The position numbers and the translations under genes are program-made. Shown here one piece after another: positions 1 to 8,284 of a stretch of 39,713 nucleotides of DNA. The stretch comes from a virus. Lineage: Duplodnaviria > Caudoviricetes. The stretch spans positions 1-39,713 of IMG/VR virus record IMGVR_UViG_3300020045_005058. One strand, given 5' to 3'. Position 1 is the first letter of the stretch. Each line of letters starts with the position of its first letter. Under the pieces are notes generated by a model. It had not been told where the DNA came from and made no database searches. It worked only from the letters and a program-made list of their open reading frames with translations.

Positions 1-29
1 GACCTGATCCAGCGCGCGGAGGGCCGGGT

Positions 30-983
30 ATGACCGCCATCGCCATCACCCCCGCCAACGAGCAAGACTGGCTGGCCATGCGCAAGCTGGACGTCACCAG
101 CACCGAGTCCGCCGCGCTGTTTGGCATGAGCCCGTACCTCACGCACTTCGAGCTTTGGCACGCCAAACGCAGCGGCCAGGCCCGCGCCTTCACCAGCAAC
201 GAACGCATGCGTTGGGGCAACCGCCTCGAGGCAGCCATCGCCCACGGCATCGCAGAAGAACAAGGCTGGACCGTCGAGCCCATGAAAGACTACATGCGCC
301 TGCCTGAGCTGCGCGCCGGGTCGAGTTTCGACTTCCGCATCACCAGCCTGGGCGAGCCCGCGCACCTCGAGATCAAAAACGTCGACTACCTGGCATTCCG
401 CGACGGCTGGATCGAGCACGACGACGGCACCATCGAGGCGCCCGAGCACATCGAAATGCAGGTGCAGCACCAGATGATGGTGTCGGGATACAGCCGCAGT
501 TTTATCGGCGCATTCGTGGCCGGCAACCGCGGCGTGGTGATTGAGCGCCGGCGTGACGAGGCGGTGATCGCCGCCATGCGCCAGGCCATCAGCGATTTTT
601 GGCATTCGGTGGACGCTAATCAGGAGCCGGCAGCAATCATGCCAGGCGACGCGGCCGCAGTCATCGCACTGAACCAGTACGCCAAGCCGGGGAAAATCCT
701 CGACGCCGGTGATGATGCGAACATCGCACTGCTGGTGACGAACTACAAACACGCGGCCCAGCAGGCAGCGGATTGGGGGGATGAAAAAGAGTCATGGAAA
801 GCCCGGCTACTGGAAAAAATCGGCGACGCGGAGAAGGTCCTGCTCACCCGATGGACAATCAGCGCCGGCATCCAGGCGGAAACCCAGCCAACACTGATCA
901 CCGCCGACTTGGTCGGCACCACGTATGGAGGCCGTAAGGGCTTCCGAAATCTCCGCATCAACGCAAGGAAAGTGAGTAAGTAA
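30..983 (+). CDS. YqaJ/lambda-exonuclease-family recombination nuclease
   Basis: WLAMRKLDVTSTESAALFGMSPY, MRWGNRLE, SSFD..LEIKN and QVQHQMMV motifs; near recT. Confidence 0.92.
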   Translation: MTAIAITPANEQDWLAMRKLDVTSTESAALFGMSPYLTHFELWHAKRSGQARAFTSNERMRWGNRLEAAIAHGIAEEQGWTVEPMKDYMRLPELRAGSSFDFRITSLGEPAHLEIKNVDYLAFRDGWIEHDDGTIEAPEHIEMQVQHQMMVSGYSRSFIGAFVAGNRGVVIERRRDEAVIAAMRQAISDFWHSVDANQEPAAIMPGDAAAVIALNQYAKPGKILDAGDDANIALLVTNYKHAAQQAADWGDEKESWKARLLEKIGDAEKVLLTRWTISAGIQAETQPTLITADLVGTTYGGRKGFRNLRINARKVSK

Positions 984-1234
984 TGGAACAGCTATCTCCC
1001 CGCATGCCGGCATACAAGCCAAACAAAACCTACGGGATGTTTGGATACAAGGGTGCGTCTATTGACGCAGCATTCAATATTGATGACGCAGAGGCAATTC
1101 GCAGAGCGCATGAACTTGACTGGATGGACCGCAACACGCGCACCTTCATGGGCCACAGCATGCTGAAGGTGGCGCGCGACAAGAAGGCGGCAAACGTAAC
1201 TGCCGTTCTCATCGAACTCGGATACCCCGAATAA
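983..1234 (+). CDS. Hypothetical protein (83 aa) between exonuclease and recT
   Basis: TAATG stop/start coupling to upstream gene; AT-richer than neighbours. Confidence 0.65.
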   Translation: MEQLSPRMPAYKPNKTYGMFGYKGASIDAAFNIDDAEAIRRAHELDWMDRNTRTFMGHSMLKVARDKKAANVTAVLIELGYPE

Positions 1235-1254
1235 TTTTACGCAAGGAAATCCAA

Positions 1255-2088
1255 ATGAGCACAGCCCTGACCCCCGTGGACCAAGTCCGCACCCAACTCA
1301 CCGCCATGACGCCGCAATTTGCAGCGGCCCTGCCCAAGCACGTCAGCCCCGAGCGTTTCGTGCGCGTGCTGATGACAGCCGTGCAGACCACCCCTGCCCT
1401 GCTGAACGCCGACCGCCGCACGCTGTTTGCCAGCGCGATGAAGGCCAGCCAGATGGGCCTGCTGCCCGACGGCCGCGAGGGTGCCATCGTCACCTTCAAG
1501 GACCAGTGCCAATTCATGCCCATGGTGGCCGGCGTGATGAAGATGGTTCGGAATTCTGGCGAGATCAGCACCTGGAGCGTGCAGGCCGTCTATGAGAACG
1601 ACGCCTTTGATTTTTGCTTGGGCGACGAGGAGCACATCACCCACAAGCCGGCGCTGTCCGGGCGTGGCAAGCTGATCGCGGTTTACTCCATCGTCAGCAT
1701 GAAGGACGGCGAAAAGTCCCGAGAAGTGATGAGCGTGGAAGACGTGAACGGCATCCGTGGCCGCAGCCGGTCTGGCAACTCCGGCCCCTGGGTCACGGAC
1801 TTTTCTGAAATGGCCAAGAAAACGGTGGTTCGCCGCCACGCCAAGCGCCTGCCACTGAGCACGGACATCGACGGCGCGATCCGCGAAGACGATGACCTGT
1901 TCATGCCGCCAACTGAAACGCAGCAGGATACCCCACAAGCCGCGCCAGCCCCGTCGGCAGGCAAGCGCCCCAGCCGGCTGGACAAAGTGGCGGCACAGGC
2001 CCCAACGCCCCAGCATGACGACGACGGCGTGATCGATATGCAGCCGGCCGACGACCATCCCTCCTCTGATTCAGACAGCCCCATCTGA
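1255..2088 (+). CDS. recT: RecT-family ssDNA-annealing recombinase
   Basis: ALPKHVSPERFVR, GLLPDGRE, GPWVTDFSEMAKKTVVRRHAKRLPLS; acidic tail; AAGGA RBS. Confidence 0.95.
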   Translation: MSTALTPVDQVRTQLTAMTPQFAAALPKHVSPERFVRVLMTAVQTTPALLNADRRTLFASAMKASQMGLLPDGREGAIVTFKDQCQFMPMVAGVMKMVRNSGEISTWSVQAVYENDAFDFCLGDEEHITHKPALSGRGKLIAVYSIVSMKDGEKSREVMSVEDVNGIRGRSRSGNSGPWVTDFSEMAKKTVVRRHAKRLPLSTDIDGAIREDDDLFMPPTETQQDTPQAAPAPSAGKRPSRLDKVAAQAPTPQHDDDGVIDMQPADDHPSSDSDSPI

Positions 2089-2276
2089 TGACCACCGAGC
2101 TCCTGACACCACGACAGGTAGCCCTGCTCCTGAAGGTCCACCCGGACACTCTCGAGCAGTGGCGCGGCCGCCGCACGGGCCCGCAATGGATCAAGCTGGG
2201 CGACACAAAGCAAAGCCCAATCCGCTACAGATCCGAGGAAGTAGAAAAATATCTGCTTGCTCAATCGAATAAGTAG
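2088..2276 (+). CDS. Excisionase-like HTH DNA-binding protein (HTH_17/AlpA-like)
   Basis: LLTPRQVALLLKVHPDTLEQWR..GPQWIKLG..IRY pattern; TGATG coupling. Confidence 0.85.
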   Translation: MTTELLTPRQVALLLKVHPDTLEQWRGRRTGPQWIKLGDTKQSPIRYRSEEVEKYLLAQSNK

Positions 2277-2279
2277 TAT

Positions 2280-2296
2280 GATGCGTTTATCGCAAC
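2280..2296. promoter_or_regulatory. Operator-like pseudo-palindrome GATGCGTTTATCGCAAC
   Basis: Intergenic; related copies in several other intergenic gaps. Confidence 0.55.
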
Positions 2297-2315
2297 AAAC
2301 AATTGAAAGGCCCAT

Positions 2316-2450
2316 ATGAAATTCTGGAACAACAAGCCCACCAAGCTGCCCGAAGTCCACCGCCCGTTGGATTGGCAGGATCGAGTCGTCCTGTGGGGCT
2401 GCGCAGTTTGCGGCACCGCCAGCCTGGCTATCTTGGTGTGGGGTAAATGA
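2316..2450 (+). CDS. Small membrane protein (44 aa)
   Basis: GAAAGG RBS; MKFWNNK...VVLWGCAVCGTASLAILVWGK; not in ORF track. Confidence 0.65.
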   Translation: MKFWNNKPTKLPEVHRPLDWQDRVVLWGCAVCGTASLAILVWGK

Positions 2451-2623
2451 TGGCACGCAAACCCATTGGCCAATACAGCCCCGCTGCAATGACGACGTCG
2501 CGCCCAGGCGCCGCTGACGCCCAGAAAATCAAGAGCCTGCATAACGGCAAGCTGGTGGCCCACAAGCCGCCGGCCCCGATCTGTGTCGGCGTCCCAAAGG
2601 CGCATGCGGGGTTTGCGAAATGA
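2447..2623 (+). CDS. Hypothetical protein (58 aa)
   Basis: ATGA overlaps at both ends; fills the gap exactly. Confidence 0.6.
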   Translation: MMARKPIGQYSPAAMTTSRPGAADAQKIKSLHNGKLVAHKPPAPICVGVPKAHAGFAK

Positions 2624-2898
2624 ACTGCTGCGACGAATATGGCCTGTGCAAACAAGGCCCAGGCTGCCCGGCTCGGGAAACATACGTGGCCGCCCCAGTG
2701 GTGCGCAAGGCCACGCCAGACGAGCAATGGCTGGAGGCGCAGCTGGACCGGATCTCGCCAGACCGCCATGAAATCGGCAGCGTTGGAGAGTGCGAGGCGC
2801 TGGCAAAGCTGGCCATCGAACTGCGCATCGCGCTCATCACCGCAAACGCAAACATGCACTACCTGCGCGGCCTGCTCAGGCCCGACGGCGCCCAATGA
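2620..2898 (+). CDS. Hypothetical protein with N-terminal Cys cluster (MNCCDEYGLCKQGPGCPAR)
   Basis: ATGA coupling at both ends. Confidence 0.7.
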   Translation: MNCCDEYGLCKQGPGCPARETYVAAPVVRKATPDEQWLEAQLDRISPDRHEIGSVGECEALAKLAIELRIALITANANMHYLRGLLRPDGAQ

Positions 2899-3185
2899 CC
2901 ACGAGCAGCCGCGTCCGTCCAAGCGGGCTGCCTGCCCCGCGCACGTGCACATGCTGCGGCGAGAGCTTCCCGATGCGGGCTTTCACCTACAACGCCAGAC
3001 GCCATCAGCCGACTCCGACCTGCCGGTCTTGCGGGGTGTGGCTGACGCTCATGCGCCAGGTATTCCCACCAGCCCGCAATGTGGTGGCGAACCGGGCCGG
3101 TGTCCGGGACCGGAAATTTGACCAACGCGCCCGCGCCCGCACTGCCGGTGGCGCTGAACTGCAAAACATTTGGAGATTGACATGA
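2895..3185 (+). CDS. Zinc-finger-like protein (CTCC...CRSC)
   Basis: Two CxxC pairs; ATGA coupling (start moved from track value 2790). Confidence 0.65.
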   Translation: MTTSSRVRPSGLPAPRTCTCCGESFPMRAFTYNARRHQPTPTCRSCGVWLTLMRQVFPPARNVVANRAGVRDRKFDQRARARTAGGAELQNIWRLT

Positions 3186-3364
3186 CCCCAATCCACCGCC
3201 GCCGCAAGAGCGACAAATACCCGTCACGCGAGGTGATGCTGGAGCAGCAACGGCACGCGGACAACGAAGAAATCTTGCTGCTGCGGGCAACGAATACCCG
3301 GCTGCGCACTGAGCTTGCGCGGCTGCGGACTGAACTGACCACGAAACCTATGGAGCTGACATGA
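3182..3364 (+). CDS. Hypothetical coiled-coil protein
   Basis: GGAG RBS; ATGA coupling. Confidence 0.6.
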   Translation: MTPIHRRRKSDKYPSREVMLEQQRHADNEEILLLRATNTRLRTELARLRTELTTKPMELT

Positions 3365-3603
3365 ACCAAGAAGCAATAGACAGCCTGCGGGCGGAGTATG
3401 ACAGCGCGCATGGCCTGCTTGATATGGCAATGGACGAGCGCGATCACTTCTTGAAGCAGCGCGATGCGTTGGCTGCGGAAAACAAGGTGCTGCGTGATGC
3501 TCTGGAAATCATTGCAGGCGGCATTTATGACACTTGGACAAACGGGCATGTAGCAATGCTAGTAGCCCGCGCAGCACTCACAAAGGAGGCCACCAATGGC
3601 TGA
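3361..3603 (+). CDS. Hypothetical coiled-coil protein
   Basis: GGAG RBS; LAAENKVLRDALE..ARAAL pattern common in phage early genes. Confidence 0.7.
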   Translation: MNQEAIDSLRAEYDSAHGLLDMAMDERDHFLKQRDALAAENKVLRDALEIIAGGIYDTWTNGHVAMLVARAALTKEATNG

Positions 3604-3778
3604 CCCCATCACCTTCACTTTCACGTATGCATGGTGGTGGGTTCCCGCCGCCGTAACACTTGGGTGTATTGCCCTGTGGGCTTGGCCTACACGGAACCCT
3701 TTGGAACTATTGCCGGAGTCCGTTGTGGCTTTGGCTGCAACAGCGATCATTTGGGCTATCGCAGGATCAATGAAATGA
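3596..3778 (+). CDS. Small two-TM membrane protein
   Basis: AGGAGG RBS; two hydrophobic segments. Confidence 0.65.
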   Translation: MADPITFTFTYAWWWVPAAVTLGCIALWAWPTRNPLELLPESVVALAATAIIWAIAGSMK

Positions 3779-4275
3779 ACAACACACTCACCACCCTGCG
3801 GGATGCAGCATCTAGTATCGATGCTTACACATTTTCAATTGAGACTGGCCGATGCATTTGCTGCGGGGCTTACGAACACCATGCAAGCTGCGGTGTACTC
3901 AAATCCATAAATTCAATAAACGCACTCATCGCATCCATGGAAGCGCAGCCGGAGCAGGTTTCGTGGAAGCACGACTGTGCTGCGCTGTTGCAAAACGATG
4001 TTGAGTTGTGGGTCGCCCGCTGCCCGCACTGCGGGAAGCCGCATGATACCCACCCCGCGCAGCCAAGTGAGCCAAAGGCCGAGCCAGCACATGACGATCT
4101 GACCATTGCTTACATGTCTGGCTTCCACGATGGCAAGAAGGCAAAGGCAGAGCCAGTGCGGCACGTCCCGGCAGGCTGGCGCAATCGACGCGAGCCAAAG
4201 ATGATGCGCGCCGAGCCGCCACACCCGACAGCCACCGCGCTGTGGGAGCAACTGTTTGTAAAAAGGAACCCATGA
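3775..4275 (+). CDS. Hypothetical mosaic protein with Cys/His clusters
   Basis: ATGA coupling; CICC..HH..C and WKHDC..CPHCG motifs. Confidence 0.65.
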   Translation: MNNTLTTLRDAASSIDAYTFSIETGRCICCGAYEHHASCGVLKSINSINALIASMEAQPEQVSWKHDCAALLQNDVELWVARCPHCGKPHDTHPAQPSEPKAEPAHDDLTIAYMSGFHDGKKAKAEPVRHVPAGWRNRREPKMMRAEPPHPTATALWEQLFVKRNP

Positions 4276-4451
4276 AAACCACCCCCGCAACATGGCCAGA
4301 CGGCACGCCAAAATCTGCCGGCACATTTGCATGGCAAGGCAAGTCCTCGATCTTCAATGCCGAGCGCACCCCATCGCAGGCGCAGCTTGTGCAGAGAGCA
4401 AAACGCGAGAACCGTGACGGCACATTCGGTGCACACACGCAAGCAAAATGA
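4272..4451 (+). CDS. Hypothetical protein
   Basis: AAGGA RBS; ATGA coupling. Confidence 0.6.
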   Translation: MKTTPATWPDGTPKSAGTFAWQGKSSIFNAERTPSQAQLVQRAKRENRDGTFGAHTQAK

Positions 4452-4942
4452 GCCGCAAACACCGCGCCACCAGATCCACCGAGGTCTACACCTACACCGT
4501 GCTGGACGAAATGTTTGCCAGCCCGCTGCACCCCACACCAGCAGACGACCGCCGGCATCAACTTCTTCGCATGTGGTCGGGCCTGGCCAGCATCGAGTCC
4601 GCCCCGACGCCAACGAATGACGACTGGCGCGTCTGCAGCGATGCCGTGAACCTGCTCGAGACGCTGGTCGTGCAGGGCATTGTCGAGGACAGGTCCGGCC
4701 TGCTTGCCGACGCCATCAAGGGCCTGGCCATCGCCGGCGCCAGGTCACTGGAGGGCCAAGCAATCCGGCTGGACGGCCCAGGCATTCAGGCAGTGCGCGC
4801 CGTGCTGGAGGACTATGCGGCATGCCTCGACGTGCTGCCGCACCGCACCATGATCCGCTGTCACCGCGCGACTGAGCGCAGGATCAGGGACATCTTCCGA
4901 GGCAAGGGGATGGCCGGGGACGTGGAGGTGATGGCGATATGA
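4448..4942 (+). CDS. Hypothetical phage protein (164 aa)
   Basis: ATGA coupling; phage-like codon usage. Confidence 0.75.
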   Translation: MSRKHRATRSTEVYTYTVLDEMFASPLHPTPADDRRHQLLRMWSGLASIESAPTPTNDDWRVCSDAVNLLETLVVQGIVEDRSGLLADAIKGLAIAGARSLEGQAIRLDGPGIQAVRAVLEDYAACLDVLPHRTMIRCHRATERRIRDIFRGKGMAGDVEVMAI

Positions 4943-5139
4943 AAGAAGCAATAACTGGGTTTGCATACTCGTTCACCAGCAAGACCGGGAAGGAGCATCT
5001 TGCCATGTCCACATTTGGGGTAAGCAAGACAAAGGCTAAACGCCGGCTGAAGGTTGAAAACTTCGGGAAAAGATTGGAGCCGCTTGTGCCTACCGGTTTG
5101 TGGGCGGTGTCGATTGTCCCACTGGAGCGCATTGGGTGA
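4939..5139 (+). CDS. Hypothetical protein (66 aa), last gene of the early operon
   Basis: GGAGG RBS; ATGA coupling. Confidence 0.6.
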   Translation: MKEAITGFAYSFTSKTGKEHLAMSTFGVSKTKAKRRLKVENFGKRLEPLVPTGLWAVSIVPLERIG

Positions 5140-5190
5140 TCGCCATATGCTGTGACCAGACCGTGACCACGCACTTCTTGTGACCACACC

Positions 5191-5213
5191 AGCCCGCCGC
5201 AGCGGGCTTTTTT
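5191..5213 (+). terminator. Rho-independent terminator of the early operon
   Basis: AGCCCGC-CGCA-GCGGGCT followed by T run. Confidence 0.85.
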
Positions 5214-5235
5214 GTGAGTGTTTTCAAGGCTTTGA

Positions 5236-5281
<46 letters not shown>

Positions 5282-5380
5282 TTGATTTTGGCACCCTGTG
5301 GCTTCCGGTGTCTTGCCAGTTTATCCAGCCCGTGCAATGGGTTGGCCGCACGATCACCCGGTAACAAGAGGCAGGAAACC

Positions 5381-6469
5381 ATGGCAGCCCGTGACCACGC
5401 CGTGACCACAGAGCACGACCCCAAGATCCCAGGCCTGCAGATCCGGCACCTTGCCACCAAGTCGGTCTGGTATCTCTACTACCGCGACCGCCACGGGAAA
5501 CAGCGCAAGCCGGCCCTGGGCGACACGCGGGTGATCAACCGGGTCAAGGCGCGCGAACTGGCGCTGCAGACGCTGGCTGCCGTCGCTGCAGGGCAGGACA
5601 TCGAGGCCGCCAAGCCCAACACGATGGCCGACCTGTGGGCGAAGTACGAGCGGGACTGGATGCCGCGCAAGAAGCCCAAGAGCCAGCATGACGACAAGCA
5701 CCTATGGCGCCTGCACATCGAGCCCGCGCTGGGCCACTGCCTTGTCGCCAAGGTCCGCCCATCGGAGATCACCGCGCTGCACTCCAAAATGCAGGCCACG
5801 CCCTACCAGGCTAACCGCACCTGCGCGCTGCTCTCCAAGATGCTCAACCTGGCGAGGAAATGGGATTGGCGCACCGGAGACAACCCCGTGCAGGTGGACC
5901 GATACCGCGAGGTGAAGCGCAAGCGCGTGCCCAGCATCGACGAGATGCGCCGCCTGCTCGCCGCTGTGATGGCGTACCCGGACCCGTATTTCAGGGGTCT
6001 GGTGGAAATGCTGGTCTACACCGGAGCGCGCAAGACCGAGATCATGCACTGCCGGCGCGACTGGATCAGGGACGGGGCCATCCACCTGCCGGACTCCAAG
6101 ACCGGCGCCAAGGTGATCCACTTGTCGGCCCCGGCGCTGCTGTGTGTCGCGGGCATTCCGGCAACCGTCGGCAATCCATACCTGATCTGCGGACGCGTCG
6201 AAGGCCAGCCGATGCAGAGCCCGAAGAAGGCGTGGGAGAGCGTGCTTACGGCCGCCAATGTGTCGGACCTGCGGATGCACGACCTGCGCCGGTTCTATGC
6301 CAGTACGGGCCTGTCCGCAGGCCTGACGCTGGAAGCCGTTGGGTCGCTGCTTGGCCACTCGTCGACCAGCACCACGGCAGGCTATGCCTACATGCAGACG
6401 GCTGCAGCAAAGGCCGCCGCGGACCTGACGGGGCAGGCTATCGCAAACGGTCAGGCTATCAAACCTTGA
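5381..6469 (+). CDS. int: Tyrosine recombinase (phage integrase) with N-terminal arm-binding domain
   Basis: TGARKTE (R), KT, HDLRR, LLGH, TTAGY catalytic motifs; ATG 5381 has an AGGA RBS (track start 5180 runs through attP). Confidence 0.95.
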   Translation: MAARDHAVTTEHDPKIPGLQIRHLATKSVWYLYYRDRHGKQRKPALGDTRVINRVKARELALQTLAAVAAGQDIEAAKPNTMADLWAKYERDWMPRKKPKSQHDDKHLWRLHIEPALGHCLVAKVRPSEITALHSKMQATPYQANRTCALLSKMLNLARKWDWRTGDNPVQVDRYREVKRKRVPSIDEMRRLLAAVMAYPDPYFRGLVEMLVYTGARKTEIMHCRRDWIRDGAIHLPDSKTGAKVIHLSAPALLCVAGIPATVGNPYLICGRVEGQPMQSPKKAWESVLTAANVSDLRMHDLRRFYASTGLSAGLTLEAVGSLLGHSSTSTTAGYAYMQTAAAKAAADLTGQAIANGQAIKP

Positions 6470-7010
6470 TCTCGGTGACCGTCATGGTGGTGGACATGGC
6501 CCCGCCCAGCCGTCGCGCGCCGCCGTCGCCGTTGACGGTCAGCGTGCCGGCCGTGTGCATGCCAGCGCGCAGACGGAATGTCGTGGCGCTGGTGCTGCCG
6601 GCGTCCACCAGGAAGGACATGACGACCTGCTCATATGATCCGGCCACGCCATATTTCGATGACGCAGCCAGAGCTGTAGCCGTCGCATCACGGAAAATTC
6701 CGACTGTGATGTAACTGATGACGGAGCACGACGCGTTCAGCACCACATCAATACGCAGCTTGCTGGTGGCACTCGTCGGCGTGATTGACCGTGTCAGAAA
6801 CTCGGCGCCCTCGGTGATCTGCGGGATGGTGTCGTCAAACGGCATGATCGTGGTGGTGGTGGCCACGGCGCCGGTCTGCGCGCCAACCACCTGCACCACG
6901 TCGCCCGCCAGTTTCACACTGGCCGCAGCCTGGGCCGCTGCAATCTGGGCCGTTATGCCTGCGGCCGTCAGGCCTTCCACAGTCTGGCTGGCTGGTACTT
7001 TTTGCGTCAT
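6459..7010 (-). CDS. Fibre/virion-like beta-rich protein (183 aa)
   Basis: GDVVQVV..SITPTSATSKLRI..TTFRLR..STTMTVTEI pattern typical of phage fibre C-terminal domains; overlaps int 3' end by 11 bp. Confidence 0.75.
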   Translation of the reverse strand: MTQKVPASQTVEGLTAAGITAQIAAAQAAASVKLAGDVVQVVGAQTGAVATTTTIMPFDDTIPQITEGAEFLTRSITPTSATSKLRIDVVLNASCSVISYITVGIFRDATATALAASSKYGVAGSYEQVVMSFLVDAGSTSATTFRLRAGMHTAGTLTVNGDGGARRLGGAMSTTMTVTEIKV

Positions 7011-7022
7011 ATAGGCCTTTGG

Positions 7023-7541
7023 TTATTTGATGGCGTCGGCCTTGGCCAACAGTGCGTTCTTGCTTCCCGACCCGTAGGTCGTCCCGGTGTAGAAGGCGAC
7101 GCAGCCGGCCCACACAGCCGAGAGTTGGCCGACCATCATCATCACGATCTCGTTGCCCTTGAGCTCGGGGTGGAAAAACAGCAGCGACAGGATGCCGAAG
7201 AACCCGGCCGTCACCATGATGGTCAGCAGCGCCGGCATCTTTGAGTGCACTGAGACCTGCATGGCGCGCGCACTGTCGCGGTCCTTGACCTCGAGGTCCG
7301 CGTACTTGAACCCGCGCTCCTTCTCCTGGTTCTGGTAGTCCATCTCGAGCTTGCGGATCTCGGCCAGGTGGTCCGGCGTGATCATGCCGTCAGCGAACAT
7401 TTTCCCAATTGTATCGACGGTAGGCTTGGACATGCCAAAGATGCTGCCGATGGCAGTCACAGCGGCGCCAGCAAGTGGGCCGCCGAGCGCCGTGGCCACG
7501 GTGGGCGCCATGGTCTTGAGTGTGTCGAGCCAGTCAGCCAT
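7023..7541 (-). CDS. Holin-like membrane protein
   Basis: APTVATALGGPLAG N-terminus, DRDSAR motif, C-terminal TM segments; next to endolysin. Confidence 0.75.
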   Translation of the reverse strand: MADWLDTLKTMAPTVATALGGPLAGAAVTAIGSIFGMSKPTVDTIGKMFADGMITPDHLAEIRKLEMDYQNQEKERGFKYADLEVKDRDSARAMQVSVHSKMPALLTIMVTAGFFGILSLLFFHPELKGNEIVMMMVGQLSAVWAGCVAFYTGTTYGSGSKNALLAKADAIK

Positions 7542-8021
7542 TTAATTGTCCTTGGCGGCGAACCGCAGATCGTTGGCAATGCGCCCAGCCCAGCCAGCGC
7601 CGAACGTGGACCAGGTGGACAGGCGCCGCATGAAGTCCAGGCGCTCTGCGGCGAACCGCATCAGCACGTCGTTCACATCCATTCCGGCAAGCTTGGCTGC
7701 AGACAGCGGCCCCCAGTGGCCATCGTCGGCCACGCCAATGGCGAGCTGCAGCTTACGGAGCGCAGTCTGCATGCCTGAGTTCACGGCAAAGTCGAACACC
7801 TGAAACTTAACGGCCGGGTGCGCCTCTCCCAGCGGCGCCCAGAAGTCGCGCAGGTAAATCGCTTTGGCCTGGTCAATGGTCAGCGATGCGATTTCCACAT
7901 CAGGATAGCTCCGCTTCGAGATGCCGAATTTCGTTTCCCCACCTGGATCTCGCGGATTGTTCACGTAGCCGCCCTCGTGGCCGATGAGCCGGCCGAATGC
8001 TGTGTCGAAGTCCATGGTCAT
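7542..8021 (-). CDS. Endolysin, glycoside hydrolase family 108
   Basis: HEGGYVNNPRDPGGETKFGIS, FDFAVNSG, ADG..GP, FGAGWAGRI. Confidence 0.93.
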   Translation of the reverse strand: MTMDFDTAFGRLIGHEGGYVNNPRDPGGETKFGISKRSYPDVEIASLTIDQAKAIYLRDFWAPLGEAHPAVKFQVFDFAVNSGMQTALRKLQLAIGVADDGHWGPLSAAKLAGMDVNDVLMRFAAERLDFMRRLSTWSTFGAGWAGRIANDLRFAAKDN

Positions 8022-8284
8022 CCTTTACTTTGCTTCCACGCCGCCCACGCCGCGCCTACCGCCAGCGCCATGGTGGACACCCATTTCACGGCATTGCCGA
8101 TGTGGCCGAGGACCTTAAAAAAAGACTTGCCCATGCGGACAATTTCCAAAACTTCGTTCGTGGCCTCGGTGTTGTCCTTTATGTCCTGCTCAATCGCGCC
8201 CATCCTCGAGTCGCCTCGTGCCAGGCGCTCCTCCATGGTTTCCACACGGGTTAGTAGGTCGCCGTCGTTCCATCGCTTGTTCAT
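8018..8284 (-). CDS. Coiled-coil plus single-TM lysis-cassette protein
   Basis: ATGA coupling on both sides; C-terminal hydrophobic helix. Confidence 0.7.
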   Translation of the reverse strand: MNKRWNDGDLLTRVETMEERLARGDSRMGAIEQDIKDNTEATNEVLEIVRMGKSFFKVLGHIGNAVKWVSTMALAVGAAWAAWKQSKG

